DNA of 64,000 nucleotides from Octopus sinensis (GCF_006345805.1 NC_043008.1:21638001-21702000), one strand, 5' to 3'; positions 38,732 through 51,471 are shown, counted from the stretch's first letter. A program made the numbers and translations. Notes: a model not told the origin generated them from the letters alone.

Positions 38732-38973
38732 TACCGGAGTTAACACATAAATGGTGGAAAAAACGAGTATTCAGATACCAGGGGTAGAGTAATATGCTTT
38801 ATTTAAAAGCAGCAGAAATTCAACGAAACCTGTTACTCGGAGTTTCACGCTCCCGTTCGTCAGACATACATATATACATACATACATAATGTATAAACAA
38901 AACTGTCCGACGAACGGAAACGTGAAACTCCAAGTAACAGGTTTTGTTGAATTTCTGCTGCTTTTAAATAAAG
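38732..38973. mobile_element. (TA)n-flanked element with two head-to-head HHR arms
   Basis: Inverted arms at about 38797-38866 and 38903-38973. Minus HHR 38830-38866: TGT-CTGACGA-ACG ggag CGT-GAAA-CTCCGAG-TA-ACA. Plus HHR 38896-38948 has CCGACGA and a long stem I (AACAAAACTGT/ACAGGTTTTGTT). Confidence 0.88.
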
Positions 38974-39017
38974 TATATATATATATATATATCAGCTCGT
39001 GTGATCCTTTTCCACCT

Positions 39018-39075
<58 letters not shown>

Positions 39076-39868
39076 TTCAGGATTTTTAGAAAAACAAAAC
39101 AAACGAAAAATTTGAAATACCTGTGTATGTATAATTAAAAAACAAGTGTAGTAAATAAACAAACGAACGTATACTAAATACATAGGCGAGCCGAAGACAA
39201 AGGTCACCAACTCCTTATCAGTTATCAGCCAGAGGGTCAAACGCAATTTCGTGCCATTATCGATAATATTATATACATACATGCACACACGTAGACATTT
39301 CTCGTATGATGGGTTGGAAGAATAAATGTAAAAATAAAAATAGTCAAATTTATCTTTATGCAGGTATTACTCTTAAAGAATATCGCCTGGTTATTAACAG
39401 AACGTAGGAATTTTTCGTTGCCTTCTTAAATATTCTATTTGTCTGCTAGTAGTCTCATACGCACACATTGTGTGTATATGTATGTGTATGTGTCTGTGTA
39501 GGTGTGTATGTGTATGTACTTGAGGTGACGAGGGTGAGAAGGCGTGACAACTATTTTACTATTTACGTACAGACAGCATCTTTAATACGTCACTCCTTCC
39601 TTCCTCTCTCTCTCTCTCTCTCTCTCCTCTCAACTCTCTCTTCCGTCTGTCTGTCTGTCTGTCTCTGTTTCTGTATGCCTGTCTGTCTCTCTAACCTATT
39701 TCTGCTGTCTCAAACAGTTGGTGTAAAAATATATATCATGGCGTTAAATATGATTAAATATTCATTTATACATATTCAGAGAGATAAAGAGAGAGAAAAT
39801 GAGAGAGGAGTAGTAAACATAAATATATGTATATACATACATACATTATATATATGTTATATATATAT

Positions 39869-39907
<39 letters not shown>

Positions 39908-40460
39908 TATATACATATATATATGATGTATATAATGTTTAATATAATACATATGTTGTGTTTTTGTTTTGAGTGTGTGTGCGTGAAGTGTGTGTTTTCA
40001 CAGTTTACAGTTTATCTCAAATTTTCTATAGAATTCAGAGCCGGCACTGAAAATCACAATGTTTCGCATACGAATATGTCTATGCAAATAATGCGATCGA
40101 AGATTGAAAAAATAAGTTATGTGTGTACATGCATATTTCAAGAGTTATTGCTGCTTTATCAGTACCACATCCAAACTATTAACCATCCACGAACGCATTG
40201 CTTAAATACCCAGTACGTTTAGTGCTTTAATGCTATTGGATCAACCAATTTATATATTAAACACATTCCTGGCAAGTGGTATGTCAATATTAACGGCTAG
40301 AAATTACACAGTATTTCACTTTGTAACCTTAATATACTACTCTGTATGCATATGTGCCTATCTGTGTTTAATATCTAACTTGCTCTATTCAGTAGTGTCA
40401 CAGCACTAAACTTAGTGGGTACTTAAACAATGTGCTCGTGGTTGGATGAGTGGTTGGATG

Positions 40461-40507
40461 CGGTACTGATGAAATCGCAATAAGTCTTGAAATATGCACA
40501 TACACCG
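40461..40507 (+). ncRNA. Degenerate hammerhead motif
   Basis: CGGTA-CTGATGA-(16 nt, poor stem II)-GAAA-TATGCACA-TA-CACCG. Stem I is 4 of 5 paired; stem III is one change from the palindrome AUGUGCACAU. Confidence 0.5.
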
Positions 40508-40769
40508 ATCGCCTATTTTTTCTATCTTCAATCGCATTGTTTACATAGATGTATTCCTATAAGAAACGTCGTAATTTTCAGTGCTGCCTCTGACTTCTAT
40601 TGAAAATCTGTAGAGATAAACATAAAATTGAGAAAATTGCACTACTAACTCAAAATGTAAACTGTTATCATTCTTAGTAGTATATTATGGTAGCAAAGCG
40701 AAGCACTGTGTCCTTATGAGAATTAAAGAATTAATATTACGAATATAATTTTATATATGTATATATATA

Positions 40770-40880
40770 TATCCACGCAAAAGGCTTTGGTCGGCCGAGG
40801 CTATAGCAGAACACACTTATCCAAGGTGCCACGCAATGGGACTGAACCCAGAACCATGTGGTTGGGAAGCAAGCTTCTTA
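40770..40880 (-). mobile_element. CORE-type SINE head fragment
   Basis: GGCTTTGGTCGGCCGAGGCTATAG...GGGACTGAACCC. Confidence 0.82.
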
Positions 40881-40914
40881 CCACATATCCACTCCTGCAC
40901 TTATATATATAATA

Positions 40915-40963
<49 letters not shown>

Positions 40964-41038
40964 ATATATATATAATATATATAATATATATATATATATA
41001 ATATATACGCGAGAAAGAAGCAACAAGAATGGATAGGT

Positions 41039-41130
41039 TTTTAGTACGATCGTTTCATACAAGGACAGGTTATTAAAAGTTGCAAAAGTTTACAGCATAT
41101 AAAAACGAGTCCCGTACTCATCAGCTAAAA
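41039..41130 (-). ncRNA. Intact type I hammerhead motif with a long stem II loop
   Basis: TTTTAG-CTGATGA-GTACGGGAC-(about 42 nt)-GTCCTTGTAT-GAAA-CGATCG-TA-CTAAAA: 6-bp stem I, palindrome ACGAUCGU, GUA triplet. Confidence 0.88.
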
Positions 41131-41469
41131 TACATGTGAGTTCTCTAGACATCTAGTGTTTGAGGCTATACTCATGAAGTAATGTAGAGAAATAAGTAAC
41201 AAAACAGATTTCTAAAGTTCATTAAAGTTCTTTAAAGATGATGTACAGTCTTATCACAGAATTTTAAAAAAAGTTTTGATAGCATCACAGAGAAGGTGAC
41301 CTAATCCATATCATTTCCATAGATATAATGAGGGGATTATATACTCACAGAAGACAAATTTATCCATTGTTAATTACAACGAGGTGGGTCTCAATCCTGC
41401 TTATTAGCATTACAGAGAGGGTGAATATATATATATATATAGATATTATATATTATATATTACGTGTTT

Positions 41470-41710
41470 GTGTGTGTGTCTTTATGTCTGTTTGTCTCCC
41501 ATCGCCATTTCAGGACCGGTGTCGCTGTGTTTACGACTCTGCAGCCTAGCGATTCGTCAAAATGAAGCGATAGAGAAAGTAAGAGGCTTATAAAAATAAA
41601 CTAAGTACTAGAGCTGATTCGTCCGACTAAACCAAAAAAACAAAAACTTTATGGTGGTGCTCTAGCATTGCCGCAGTCTAATAATGATAGAAACAGGTAA
41701 AAAAAAGTAA
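41470..41710 (+). mobile_element. CORE-type SINE 3' half, degenerate
   Basis: Family tail motifs (GTGGTGCTCTAGCATTGCCGCAGTC). Confidence 0.7.
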
Positions 41711-42513
41711 AAGATTCTTTGGACTCAAAGATATTACAGTTGCAAGTTTAACTCGTACTTCAATATCATTCCTTCAGACCGACCGATGTGATGCGAAGCA
41801 AACCGAAAATGTAGAGGCTCTTTCGTGAACCCGTACCATCACTCATTCACTAAGCTGGCAGTTGGCAGCTCTGTCCAGTTTCACAGATGTTACACGAATA
41901 AGGAACGGAACATTTTTTTCCGGATGGAACGATATAATATCTCGATTGCTTGTTTTTTTCGTTTTTCAGCCCATTCCTAGGAAACTTGAAAATGTAACGA
42001 CTGGTTAAATCGAATAACTAACTATATTAATACCAGCAGTATTGACTTAAAGTGTAAACTTTGTCGTTTAGATTTGTTCACATATCGGACAACAACGCCG
42101 TGTCGTTGATGGCATACAAGTAACCAATAAAAGAAAAAACAAATACTATGTAAGACGTCCAGCACGGAATTTTATATTGCATTCCTTGACAACAGGATTA
42201 GATTAGCGAACTTCAGGCATTTAGTGTTACAGAAAAGGAAATTCTTTGGATTAATTACTATGCATTTCCGTTAGAATTTGTTACCGTTTATCGCTGTATC
42301 TTTGCGAGTTTCAAACATAAATATTTACAAAAAAAATGTATTGCGTTCGTTGTATTCTATGGCTTATTTGTAAAATCTCTGAGCAACAGAATCACCTTAT
42401 GTGTTTTTATGACTTTTAGACACAAATAAAACGGAAATGGTTGGACTAAAATCATTTGAAATATTTATTTCTGTCTGACTGTCTCTGTCCTTCTTCATTT
42501 TCAGTTCAAATAT

Positions 42514-42735
42514 GGCGGCGAGCTGGCAGAATCGCTAGCACACCGGACAAACTGCTTAACGGCATTACGTCCGTTTTTACGTTCTAAGTTCAAATTCCAG
42601 TGAGGTCGGCTTTGCCTTTCATCCTTTCCAGGTCGATAAAATAAGTACAAGTTGATCACTGGAGTCGATGTAATCGACTTAAGTCGTACCCCTCCCCTGT
42701 GAACTTTCTGGCCTTCTGGCAAAACTTGGAACCAG
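42514..42735 (+). mobile_element. SINE family 2 monomer
   Basis: GGCGGCGAGCTGGCAGAATCG head; AAGTTCAAATTCC; GGCTTTGCCTTTCATCCTTTC. Confidence 0.88.
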
Positions 42736-42816
42736 TATTTATGTGTAGATAGTGTTTATTTCTTACATTTGCCTGTTCGTGTGTAAATAGGATACAATAC
42801 ATTCATACGTACATTC

Positions 42817-42851
<35 letters not shown>

Positions 42852-44040
42852 AACACATATATATAGTTATATATATATATATATTACATATATAATACAT
42901 AGAAATATATATAATGAAATTTTTCTATGAATTTGTGCATATGTGTACTTTTATATATATGTACATATATATATGTGTGTGTGTGTGTGTATGTATATGT
43001 ACATTTAGGTAGGTATATATATATATATATATATAAATTGATTGGTTAATTGATTGACTGATAAATAGGTGTCTTTTTTCATAAATGATTTCCTTTTCCT
43101 TTCTACATTCATTGAACTGGAAATTAGGAAATACATCTGAATTTGTTAAAAAGAATAAAATAAATCAACTAAAATCATCAATTAATCAAAAACGTGACTT
43201 GTTTTTTTGGGTGGCTTTTTTTTACATGTTTTCTTTTGCAAAACTAAAAAGGCGGTGAATGCAAAATAAAATGGAGGGAGAAAAGCCACAATGTCATTAC
43301 AGCGAGAAAACATTACATAGAGTTTTCTTGACACGAGAACAATTTATTTTTATGCTCTGAGTTTTAAGAAATGTAAGGTTTATTTAAGAAAGGAAATTAG
43401 AAGACTTAGTAGGTTAGCAATTTGATTAGAGGTTTGCAATTCAATATCTTATTATGGTTCTATCATTTTTGGAATAGCCGAAGTACGTGATTCATTGTCG
43501 ATTGTCCAACGACCGTGAAATAGCGTCCATTTAAACTTATCTAGGAATTGTTTTCTTCGATATTTTATCCTTCGCTCGTTTAACGAAAAATTCTATTTCC
43601 TTGTAAATCAACGTGTATGAAGGTAATTTTTACGCGTACACGCACGGACGCACACACACACACACATGTATAAAAAATATATATGTACGTATATATAAAT
43701 ATTGATAAACGTGTATATATAGGCACACTCATTCACACACATACACATATGTATATTATATATATGTATATATATATGTATATGTATATGTATATTAAAA
43801 TATATTAGAAAATATTAAAAAATATATAAAAAAGTAAATAAAAATTTATAAATATAAATTAATAGTTTTATTTTAATTAAATATTTAAATAATTTAAATT
43901 TCTTTTGTATATTATATTAATTATTTTTATTTTTTAGGTTTTGGTTTATGTTTTTCACTGTTTGATTTTGCCTAATAGTGGTTTTATCTCTAATTTAATT
44001 TATATATATATATATATATTATATACATACACACATACTT

Positions 44041-44086
<46 letters not shown>

Positions 44087-44220
44087 TATACTTAGATCAA
44101 TATCCCTCCCCCGCTCTTTATATATGTATGTAAAAATGTATATACGTACGTATACATATGTACATGCATATACATGTATACATACATACACATACACACA
44201 CACTCACACTCACACACTCG

Positions 44221-44255
<35 letters not shown>

Positions 44256-44787
44256 GTATGCGTGGTTACATACACACATTTACATAGAAACCTCCCACTT
44301 TTAGCTTCCGGTATGTAATTAACTGTTTAAATACGCAGTTGAACTTGAATCGTTCTTGGAAACTTCTCGTTCGCAAGCTTTCTCAAAGGAACAGGATCCA
44401 ATTTCATTTGTTTGATGACAAATGTTCTGAATTCTACTTTGATCAATAAATCTCTGTCTTACAAATCGATACAGGGAAAGCAAATGCAACATCAATTTAG
44501 GCAAAATTTGGGATGAAGATTTCATTTTCTTGCAGAATATCTTATGTTGTTTGAAGACAACACAACATTCTCCTATAAATAATGCTGGTTTATGTTAATA
44601 TTTGCAGACGTCCAACAGTAGATGCATCTTGTTTCATTTGCTGCTGTCTTGATATGTATGAGTATGATACAGTACAGATGCACAGATACCCGTGTATATG
44701 TGCGCATACTTATTGTGTGTGATTGTGCGTGTATGTGGCTGTGTGTTGTGTGTGTTGTATATATATATCATTATATATATATAATCA

Positions 44788-44883
<96 letters not shown>

Positions 44884-44890
44884 TGTATAA

Positions 44891-46153
44891 TAGGTCATCC
44901 CTAAGTTCTGTCCGATTTTACCCTTTCTAAAATTGAATGAAATTTAATAGTATTTTAGAATGTCTAATGGAATTAAAATTATTTTTATGTATTCATATAC
45001 ATTTAAACTAATTAAATACTATTTTAGAGAATAATAGAATTTAAATTTCTTTGATTAAAACTCTTTCTAACATGGAAGTATCCAAGAAACATTTAAGGCA
45101 CATAACGCTTTATGGGTACAAAAAAGGAAACTCTGCAGCCGAAGTGACTCGAAACATACACTCAGTTTATGGGAAAGAACGCTTGAATGAAAGAACTTGC
45201 AGAAGATTGTTTGAAACTTTCAGAAGTGAAGATCGGAAAGGACGTCCAGTTGAGTTTGATGATAAGCTCCTTGAGGCATTACTTGAAGAAACTTTTGCAT
45301 TATCAGTTGATGAATTGACAATAAAGCTTAGTTCAAACCATACAACTGTTCATCGTCATCTTCAACAACATCGAAAGGTTCCTAAACTTGAAAAATGGGT
45401 GCCTCATGAATTGTCCGAAAGCAACCGCAAATCCCGAGTTGACATGTGCTATTCTCTCCATTCTCGCGAACTAATTTCACCCTTTTTGGATAGACTCGTG
45501 ACTGGTGACGAAAAATGGATCTTCTATCGAAATGTTAAACGTCGTAAACAGTGGCTTGGTAAAAGGGGAAAAGCTCACCCACAACCGAGAATGGAACTTC
45601 ATGGAAAAATTATTCTTCTTTCTATCTGATGGGATTGCAAAGGAGTAATTCACTTTGAATTGTTACCACCTGATGCAACAATCAATGCTCAAGTCTACAA
45701 TCAGCAATAAGAACGTTTGATCCAAGCTTTGAAGAAAAAAGACCCGCTTTAGTGAATCGAAATGGAGTGATGTTTCATCAGGAAAATGCGCGACCCCACA
45801 CTGCAAAGATCACATCACAGAAGATCGAAGAGCTTGGTTTAGGAAAAAATTCCTTATCCACCTTATTCTCCCGACCTTGGTCCTTCAGACTACCATTTGT
45901 TTCGTAGTTTACAGAATCATTTGGGGGACATAACTTTCGCAAGCCAGGCGGAGATCGAAATTAACATACCAGAATTTTTCGCTTTGAAACCAAAATAATT
46001 TTACATTGATGGGATTAAAAGGCTTGTAAATAGATGGAATGAAGTCATAGATAATCAGGGAAAGTACATTGATGATAAAATTTCAATTAAATATAACATT
46101 TGATCACTTGTTTTCTTCATTTAAAATTCGGACAGAACTTATAGAATGACCTG
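44891..46153 (+). mobile_element. Full-length mariner (DD34D) transposon with inactivated transposase
   Basis: TIRs AGGTCATCCCTAAGTTCTGTCCGA / TCGGACAGAACTTATAGAATGACCT. The ORF from 45051 has WVPHEL and LVTGDEKW, a premature TGA at 45627, then HQENARPH and YSPDLGPSDYHLF, with further stops. Confidence 0.96.
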
Positions 46154-46248
46154 GTATATATATATATATGGTCATCCCATATGAGACCTGATATAATTGG
46201 ATAAGTGGAAGAAAGCCGTCCGGTCGGTAATTTTAAATAATTTATAAA

Positions 46249-46995
46249 TACTTTTTTACTAGTTTCAGTCGTTTGACTGTAGCCATGCTGGAGCACCGCC
46301 TTTAGTCGAGCAAATCGACCCCAGGACTTATTTTTTGTAAGCCTATTACTTATTCTATCGGTCTCTTATGCCGAACCACTCAGTTACGGGGACGTAAACA
46401 CACCAGCATCGGTTGTCAAGCGATGTTAGTGGGGGGGGGGACAAACACAGATACACATACACATATAAATATACATATATACGACAGGCTTCTTTCAATT
46501 TCCGCCTACCAAATCCACTCACAAGGCTTTGGTCGGCCCGAGGCTATAGTAGAAGACACTTGGCCAAGGTGACTGAACCCGGAACCATGTGGCTCGTAAG
46601 CAAGCTACTTACCATACAGCCACGCCTACGTCTATACTTTACTTTTTTCCTTTTACTTCTTCCAGTCATTGGATTGCAGCCATACCAGGAAGCTGCCTTA
46701 AAGGACTTATTCGCGAACATCGATCCTCAATACTTTCTTTTAAAGCCGGGCACTTACAACATTTGTCCTTTTTTGTTGAACCGCTAAGTTGTAACCACAC
46801 CAGCATCGGTTGACAAGTCCTGGAGGTGGAAACAAATACGAACAAAAAGATACACTCACACATATAACGAGGTTCGGTACAGTTTCCATCTGGATGTCCA
46901 GGGCCAATAGCAGAAGGCACTCGTTAAAGGAGCCGTGCAACGGAACTGAACCTGAAACCACTTAGTTGAAAAGCAGCTTCATTACCACACCTATG
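46249..46995 (-). mobile_element. Two tandem CORE-type SINEs (46249-46633 younger; 46650-46995 degenerate)
   Basis: Family match twice in series. Confidence 0.88.
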
Positions 46996-47427
46996 CCTGA
47001 ACTTAGATATTTATGGAATATTTTCGCGCTCTATACAAGACTTCACAATCCAGAGCCAAGTCTCTTAAAGTGAAATTGTTGTTGTTGTTGTTATCGTTGT
47101 TGTTGAAAAACATTTTATTTCTGTATCATTTGTAAGTATATTTATCAATTTTAAGTGAAACTTATTTCATTTTGATTTCGTTTCGGTTGATTCTGTTATA
47201 TATAAACCTATTTATATTTAGAAAGTATGTAACAGATAAATTTGATTTTACGGCTTCTTATGTACAAACTTCGATTTTTTTCAAACCAGCGTGAACACAA
47301 GCGCTAACTGTTAAAAGCATGCTTTTGTTAAATGGTAATAAAATATGTTTGCTTTTCAGAACTATCTATATTCTTTATGTTGGGCGTCATGGAGTACCTG
47401 TTTACATTTAATTTAATGTATATATGT

Positions 47428-47461
<34 letters not shown>

Positions 47462-47498
47462 TCAAATCTATAACCGATATATATATATATGTATATAT

Positions 47499-47860
47499 TG
47501 ATAAAAACGGTAAGACAACGAAAGAAAGAAAGAGACCTCGATATTATGTAAATAGAGGAATTTATCTGTAAATGTAATACGTGACAGTTATTCGGTAGCC
47601 ATGATAAAACTCCGAATTTCGGATGCCGTGATGGAAACCCACGTCGCTATCTCTTCAGTTATCCGGCCATCGGAAAAATGCTATGAAAAATGACCGTTCA
47701 ATCACACAGTAATTTCCCTTTGTATAACGGTCATTTTTCATAGCTTTTTTCCGATGACCGGATAACTGCTGAAGAGATGGCGACATGGATTTCCATCTCA
47801 GCATCCGAAACTCGAAGTTTTATGATGGCTACCGAATATTTATCACATATTACATTTACA
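47499..47860. mobile_element. Element with about 133-bp inverted arms, each carrying an HHR
   Basis: Arms at 47567-47698 and 47726-47860. Minus HHR 47603-47663: GATAA-CTGAAGA-GAT..ATC-C-GAAA-TTCGGAG-TT-TTATC. Plus HHR at 47761-47824 has an extra CTG before the core. Confidence 0.87.
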
Positions 47861-47966
47861 CACATATATATATATATATATATACATATACATACATACA
47901 TATTTACACACACACACATATATATATATTATATACACACACACACGCACACACAATATATATAGT

Positions 47967-48015
<49 letters not shown>

Positions 48016-48035
48016 TATATACATACACATATAAT

Positions 48036-48347
48036 TTTATTCTGTTACTTGTTCCAGTCATTTGACTGCGGCCATTCTGGAGTGCCGTCTTAAAGAAATC
48101 GACACCAGGACTTATTATTTGTAAGCCTAGTATTTATTCTATCGATTTCTTTTACCGAACTGCTAAGTTACCGGGATATAAACACACCACCATCAGTAGT
48201 CAAGACACACACCCACACACACACAAACAAACACAAATATACACAGACACTCACACAGATACACAGACACACATACACACACACAAATACATACACCTAT
48301 ACACACATATACGACGAGCTTCTCACCACACAGCCACGGCTGCGCCT
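48036..48347 (-). mobile_element. CORE-type SINE with internal deletion
   Basis: Tail and head ends present; GCTTCT is joined to CACCACACAGCC at about 48323. Confidence 0.8.
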
Positions 48348-48353
48348 ATGTTT

Positions 48354-48390
<37 letters not shown>

Positions 48391-48414
48391 ATATATATAT
48401 ATATATATATAGTA

Positions 48415-48520
48415 CAGTTCTATTGGAGCTATTCATCAGAAATATAGAAAAAGTCCCAAGAAGGGAAGATGGAGAAAGAAAATCGCCAACGATACCACAC
48501 GCGGTCACATATTGAATCCT
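48415..48520 (-). mobile_element. Truncated relative of the 25860-26077 HHR element
   Basis: Shares GTGACC.CGTGTG...CGTTGGCGATTTT. Minus-strand core CTGATGA at 48433-48439; the 3' half is decayed. Confidence 0.65.
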
Positions 48521-48562
48521 CCCATATATATATATATATATATATATATAAGTTCAGTAAAA

Positions 48563-48669
48563 ATGATGAGTACTCAGCATTTTAAAACTGTTGTAATACT
48601 TACATTTAATAAAATGATGTAGTACGAAACGATCGTACCAAATTACCGGAGTCATTCTTGTTGCTTATT

Positions 48670-48670
<1 letters not shown>
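48563..48670 (+). ncRNA. Degenerate HHR of the 41039 family
   Basis: ATGATGA-GTAC-(long loop)-GTAC-GAAA-CGATCG-TA. The downstream CATTCTTGTTGCTT matches the 41018-41031 end; followed by (TA)n. Confidence 0.72.
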
Positions 48671-48729
<59 letters not shown>

Positions 48730-49079
48730 TGGCCAGGTTGTTTAAGTAATCAAATTGGACCATAACACACAAGAATGCATCGTGACCAGCGGTGTCACAC
48801 TCGTTCGCCTGAATCATACATGTGACACTGATAATACAGTTGATACACACAGACACACACACACGCACACAGACATATTCATATATACACATATATACAT
48901 ATGTATGTGCGACGTATGTGACAATGTATTGATGTAGAGAATCGGGTGTGGACTTTGTGTCCAATGCTATCTTTTTACTTAAACGTAAAATGTATCAATA
49001 AAGGAGCCGTCTTCTAGCGACAGTCGCAATCTTTGTTGTGTAAACCCTTTTTAAAAATCGCAGCCAATTTTGCAATAAT

Positions 49080-49250
49080 AGGCGCAGGAGTGGCTGTGTG
49101 GTAAGTAGCTTGTTTACCAGCCACATGGTTCCGGGTTTGGTCCCACTGCGTGGCACCTTGGGCAAGTGTCTTCTACTATAGCCTCGGCCGACCAAAGCCT
49201 TGTGAGTGGATTTGGTAGACGAAAACTGAAAGAAGCCTGTCATATATATG

Positions 49251-49281
<31 letters not shown>

Positions 49282-49490
49282 CTGTGTTTGTCCCCCTAGC
49301 ATTGCTTGACAACAGATGCTGGTGTGTTTATGTCCCCGTTACTTAGCGGTTCGGCAAAAGAGACCGATAGAATAAGTACTGGGCTTACAAAGAATAAGTC
49401 CCGGGGTCGAGTTGCTCGACTAAAGGCGGTGCTCCAGCATGGCCGCAATCAACTGACTGAAACAAGTAAAAGAGTAAAGAGTAAAGAGTA
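49080..49490 (+). mobile_element. Full-length young CORE-type SINE
   Basis: AGGCGCAGGAGTGGCTGTGTGG (A box), GGGTTTGGTCCC (B box), CCTTGGGCAAGTG (CORE-like), (GTAAAGA)n tail. Confidence 0.93.
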
Positions 49491-50020
49491 ATACCGATGG
49501 GATTATTCACAGATAAATGCAAATCTGATCTGGGATTATTTCAAGCCAGAGTATCAAAATCCATTTTAATGAAAATTGGAAAAGATTACGCAATGTCTAT
49601 TTCATATTTTTGAGCAAAAAAAGCGATCGATTTTGAACGAATTCAAAAATTAATCAATAATATTCATGATGCGATCAAATTCTCAATCGAAATTAATGAA
49701 AAGGCACTTCAATTTCTAAAGAGTCTGATAACTAAAGAAAAGGAAATTCTTACAGCTGGTTTTTGCTGCATAGAATCAGATACGTGCCAGAACTTAGGCT
49801 TTAGATCCTGCCATTTATCCTATATTAAAATATTGCATTTAATATGGCAAGACGTATATGCGCAATTGTTACAGATTTAATTAGAGGAAGCAGATGAAGC
49901 TAATAACTAAAATTACGCCTCGAAAACAGGAAACTAACCAAGACTTAATAAATAATAGCATAACTAAGGCAAACAAATTCTAATTTCGGACGTCGGAAGA
50001 AACAGGTAAACGCACAATTA
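49490..50020 (+). pseudogene. Penelope-like element reverse transcriptase fragment (palm/thumb)
   Basis: WKRLRNVYFIF (cf. WKRYIDDxF), LINNIHDAIKFSIE..LQFL (cf. LNxxHPxIKFTxE..LPFLD), DTCQNLGFRSCH (cf. TxQYLxFxSxHP), AFNMARRICAIV. Confidence 0.85.
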
Positions 50021-50026
50021 CGTGTA

Positions 50027-50441
50027 CACTAGTCCCTCGACTATCGCGGTTATCATGTTCCAAAAACCTCCCACAAAAATAATTACAATCTAAAAAAATA
50101 TAAATACCTATCGGCTGCAGAAACCCGCGATATACTGAGGAGTCTGCGATATAAATTTACATATATTAGCCAGAAAAATCCGCGATGTACTGAGTGCACG
50201 ATAGGGGAACTGCGATGTACTGAATGCACAGTGGGCGAACCGTGATGTACTGAGTGCGTGATAGGTGATCCGCGATGTACTCAGTGTACATTAGGTGAAC
50301 CGCGATGTACTGAGTGCGCGATAGGTGAACCGCGATGTACTGAATGCACAGTGGGCGAACCGTGATGTACTGAGTGCGTGATAGGTGAACCGCGATGTGC
50401 TGAGTGCGCGGTAGGTGATCGCGATATGGCAAGGATTACTC
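50027..50441. mobile_element. Tigger/pogo-like MITE with an internal 8 x 30-bp tandem array (50181-50420)
   Basis: TA-CACTAGTCCCTCGACTATCGCGG at the left end; degenerate complement CGCGATATGGCAAGGATTACT at the right end. Unit consensus CGCGATGTACTGAGTGCGCGATAGGTGAAC. Confidence 0.8.
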
Positions 50442-50939
50442 TACTCTACTTGAAATTCACTATACTCCGGAAAAAAATACAACATTTTACATTCGGACAA
50501 GAATAGATTTTAATTCTATGCTTGTCATCGAATCTAGGTAAAAACTATTAAAGAATCACTATTAACTGTCAAAGACAACCATTAGATTAAAAATATCTAA
50601 ACTCTAAGTAACAAAATCTGTTGTACTTATTTCAGTAGGAACTAAATTGGTCTAACAGGGGCAGATTTACATTGAGTAAAAGAATTACAGAAAACTAAGA
50701 GGAGAGAGCATGGTGTATCAGGTTGGACAACAGTTTTTGGGATCTCAGAATTACATAATCGTCGTAGTGTTGGTTGATGGAGTGTGTAAAAAGTCAAGAA
50801 TATACCGTCGATAGTGAATTCATATAAAACATTACCGTAAATCCGGTCTCCGTCTTCAGGGAGAACAGATTTACAGCTACTCCGAGTATCACTGGATCGC
50901 ACCTGTTGACTATCTCTCTCTCTCCCTGTATATATATAT

Positions 50940-51043
<104 letters not shown>

Positions 51044-51242
51044 TTATATATATATGTATATATGTGTATATATATGTGTGTATGTAATGTGTGTATATGT
51101 ATATATATATATACGTGTATATATATGTATATGTATATATTAATAATAATAATATGACAACAAAAGAATGAATGAGACCTCGATATTTTGTAATATAGAG
51201 GAATTTATCTATAAATATATGTGACAATTAGTTAGTTTTCAC

Positions 51243-51302
51243 AATAAACTCAGAGTTTCGGATGTCGGGGTTGAAGTCTGCTCCGACATCTCATCAGTTA
51301 TT
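51243..51302 (-). ncRNA. Near-intact type I hammerhead motif (47603 family)
   Basis: AATAA-CTGATGA-GATGTCGG(14-nt loop)CCGACATC-C-GAAA-CTCTGAG-TT-TATT: perfect 8-bp stem II; one T short at the stem I junction. Confidence 0.82.
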
Positions 51303-51311
51303 AAGACAAAC

Positions 51312-51350
51312 GCTATATATATATTATATATATGTATGTATATGTAAATG

Positions 51351-51388
<38 letters not shown>

Positions 51389-51405
51389 ACATAATATATA
51401 TATAT

Positions 51406-51471
<66 letters not shown>

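Noticed and set aside
44319-44580. Minus-strand protein-like frames
   Set aside because: No recognisable domain, and alternative frames are broken by stops.
45051-45629. 192-aa mariner ORF as an active transposase
   Set aside because: It stops before the second catalytic Asp, and the remainder has more stops and a frameshift.
50181-50420. 30-bp periodic array resembling CRISPR
   Set aside because: Whole units are similar with no unique spacers, there are no cas genes, and the context is a eukaryotic MITE.
50830-50865. Minus-strand CTGAAGA-CGG aga CCG
   Set aside because: Followed by GATT rather than GAAA, and no stem I.
50642-50920. ORF faintly like a BEL/Pao integrase C-terminus (VRSS.TR)
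   Set aside because: Similarity too short, with no LTR or other domain nearby.
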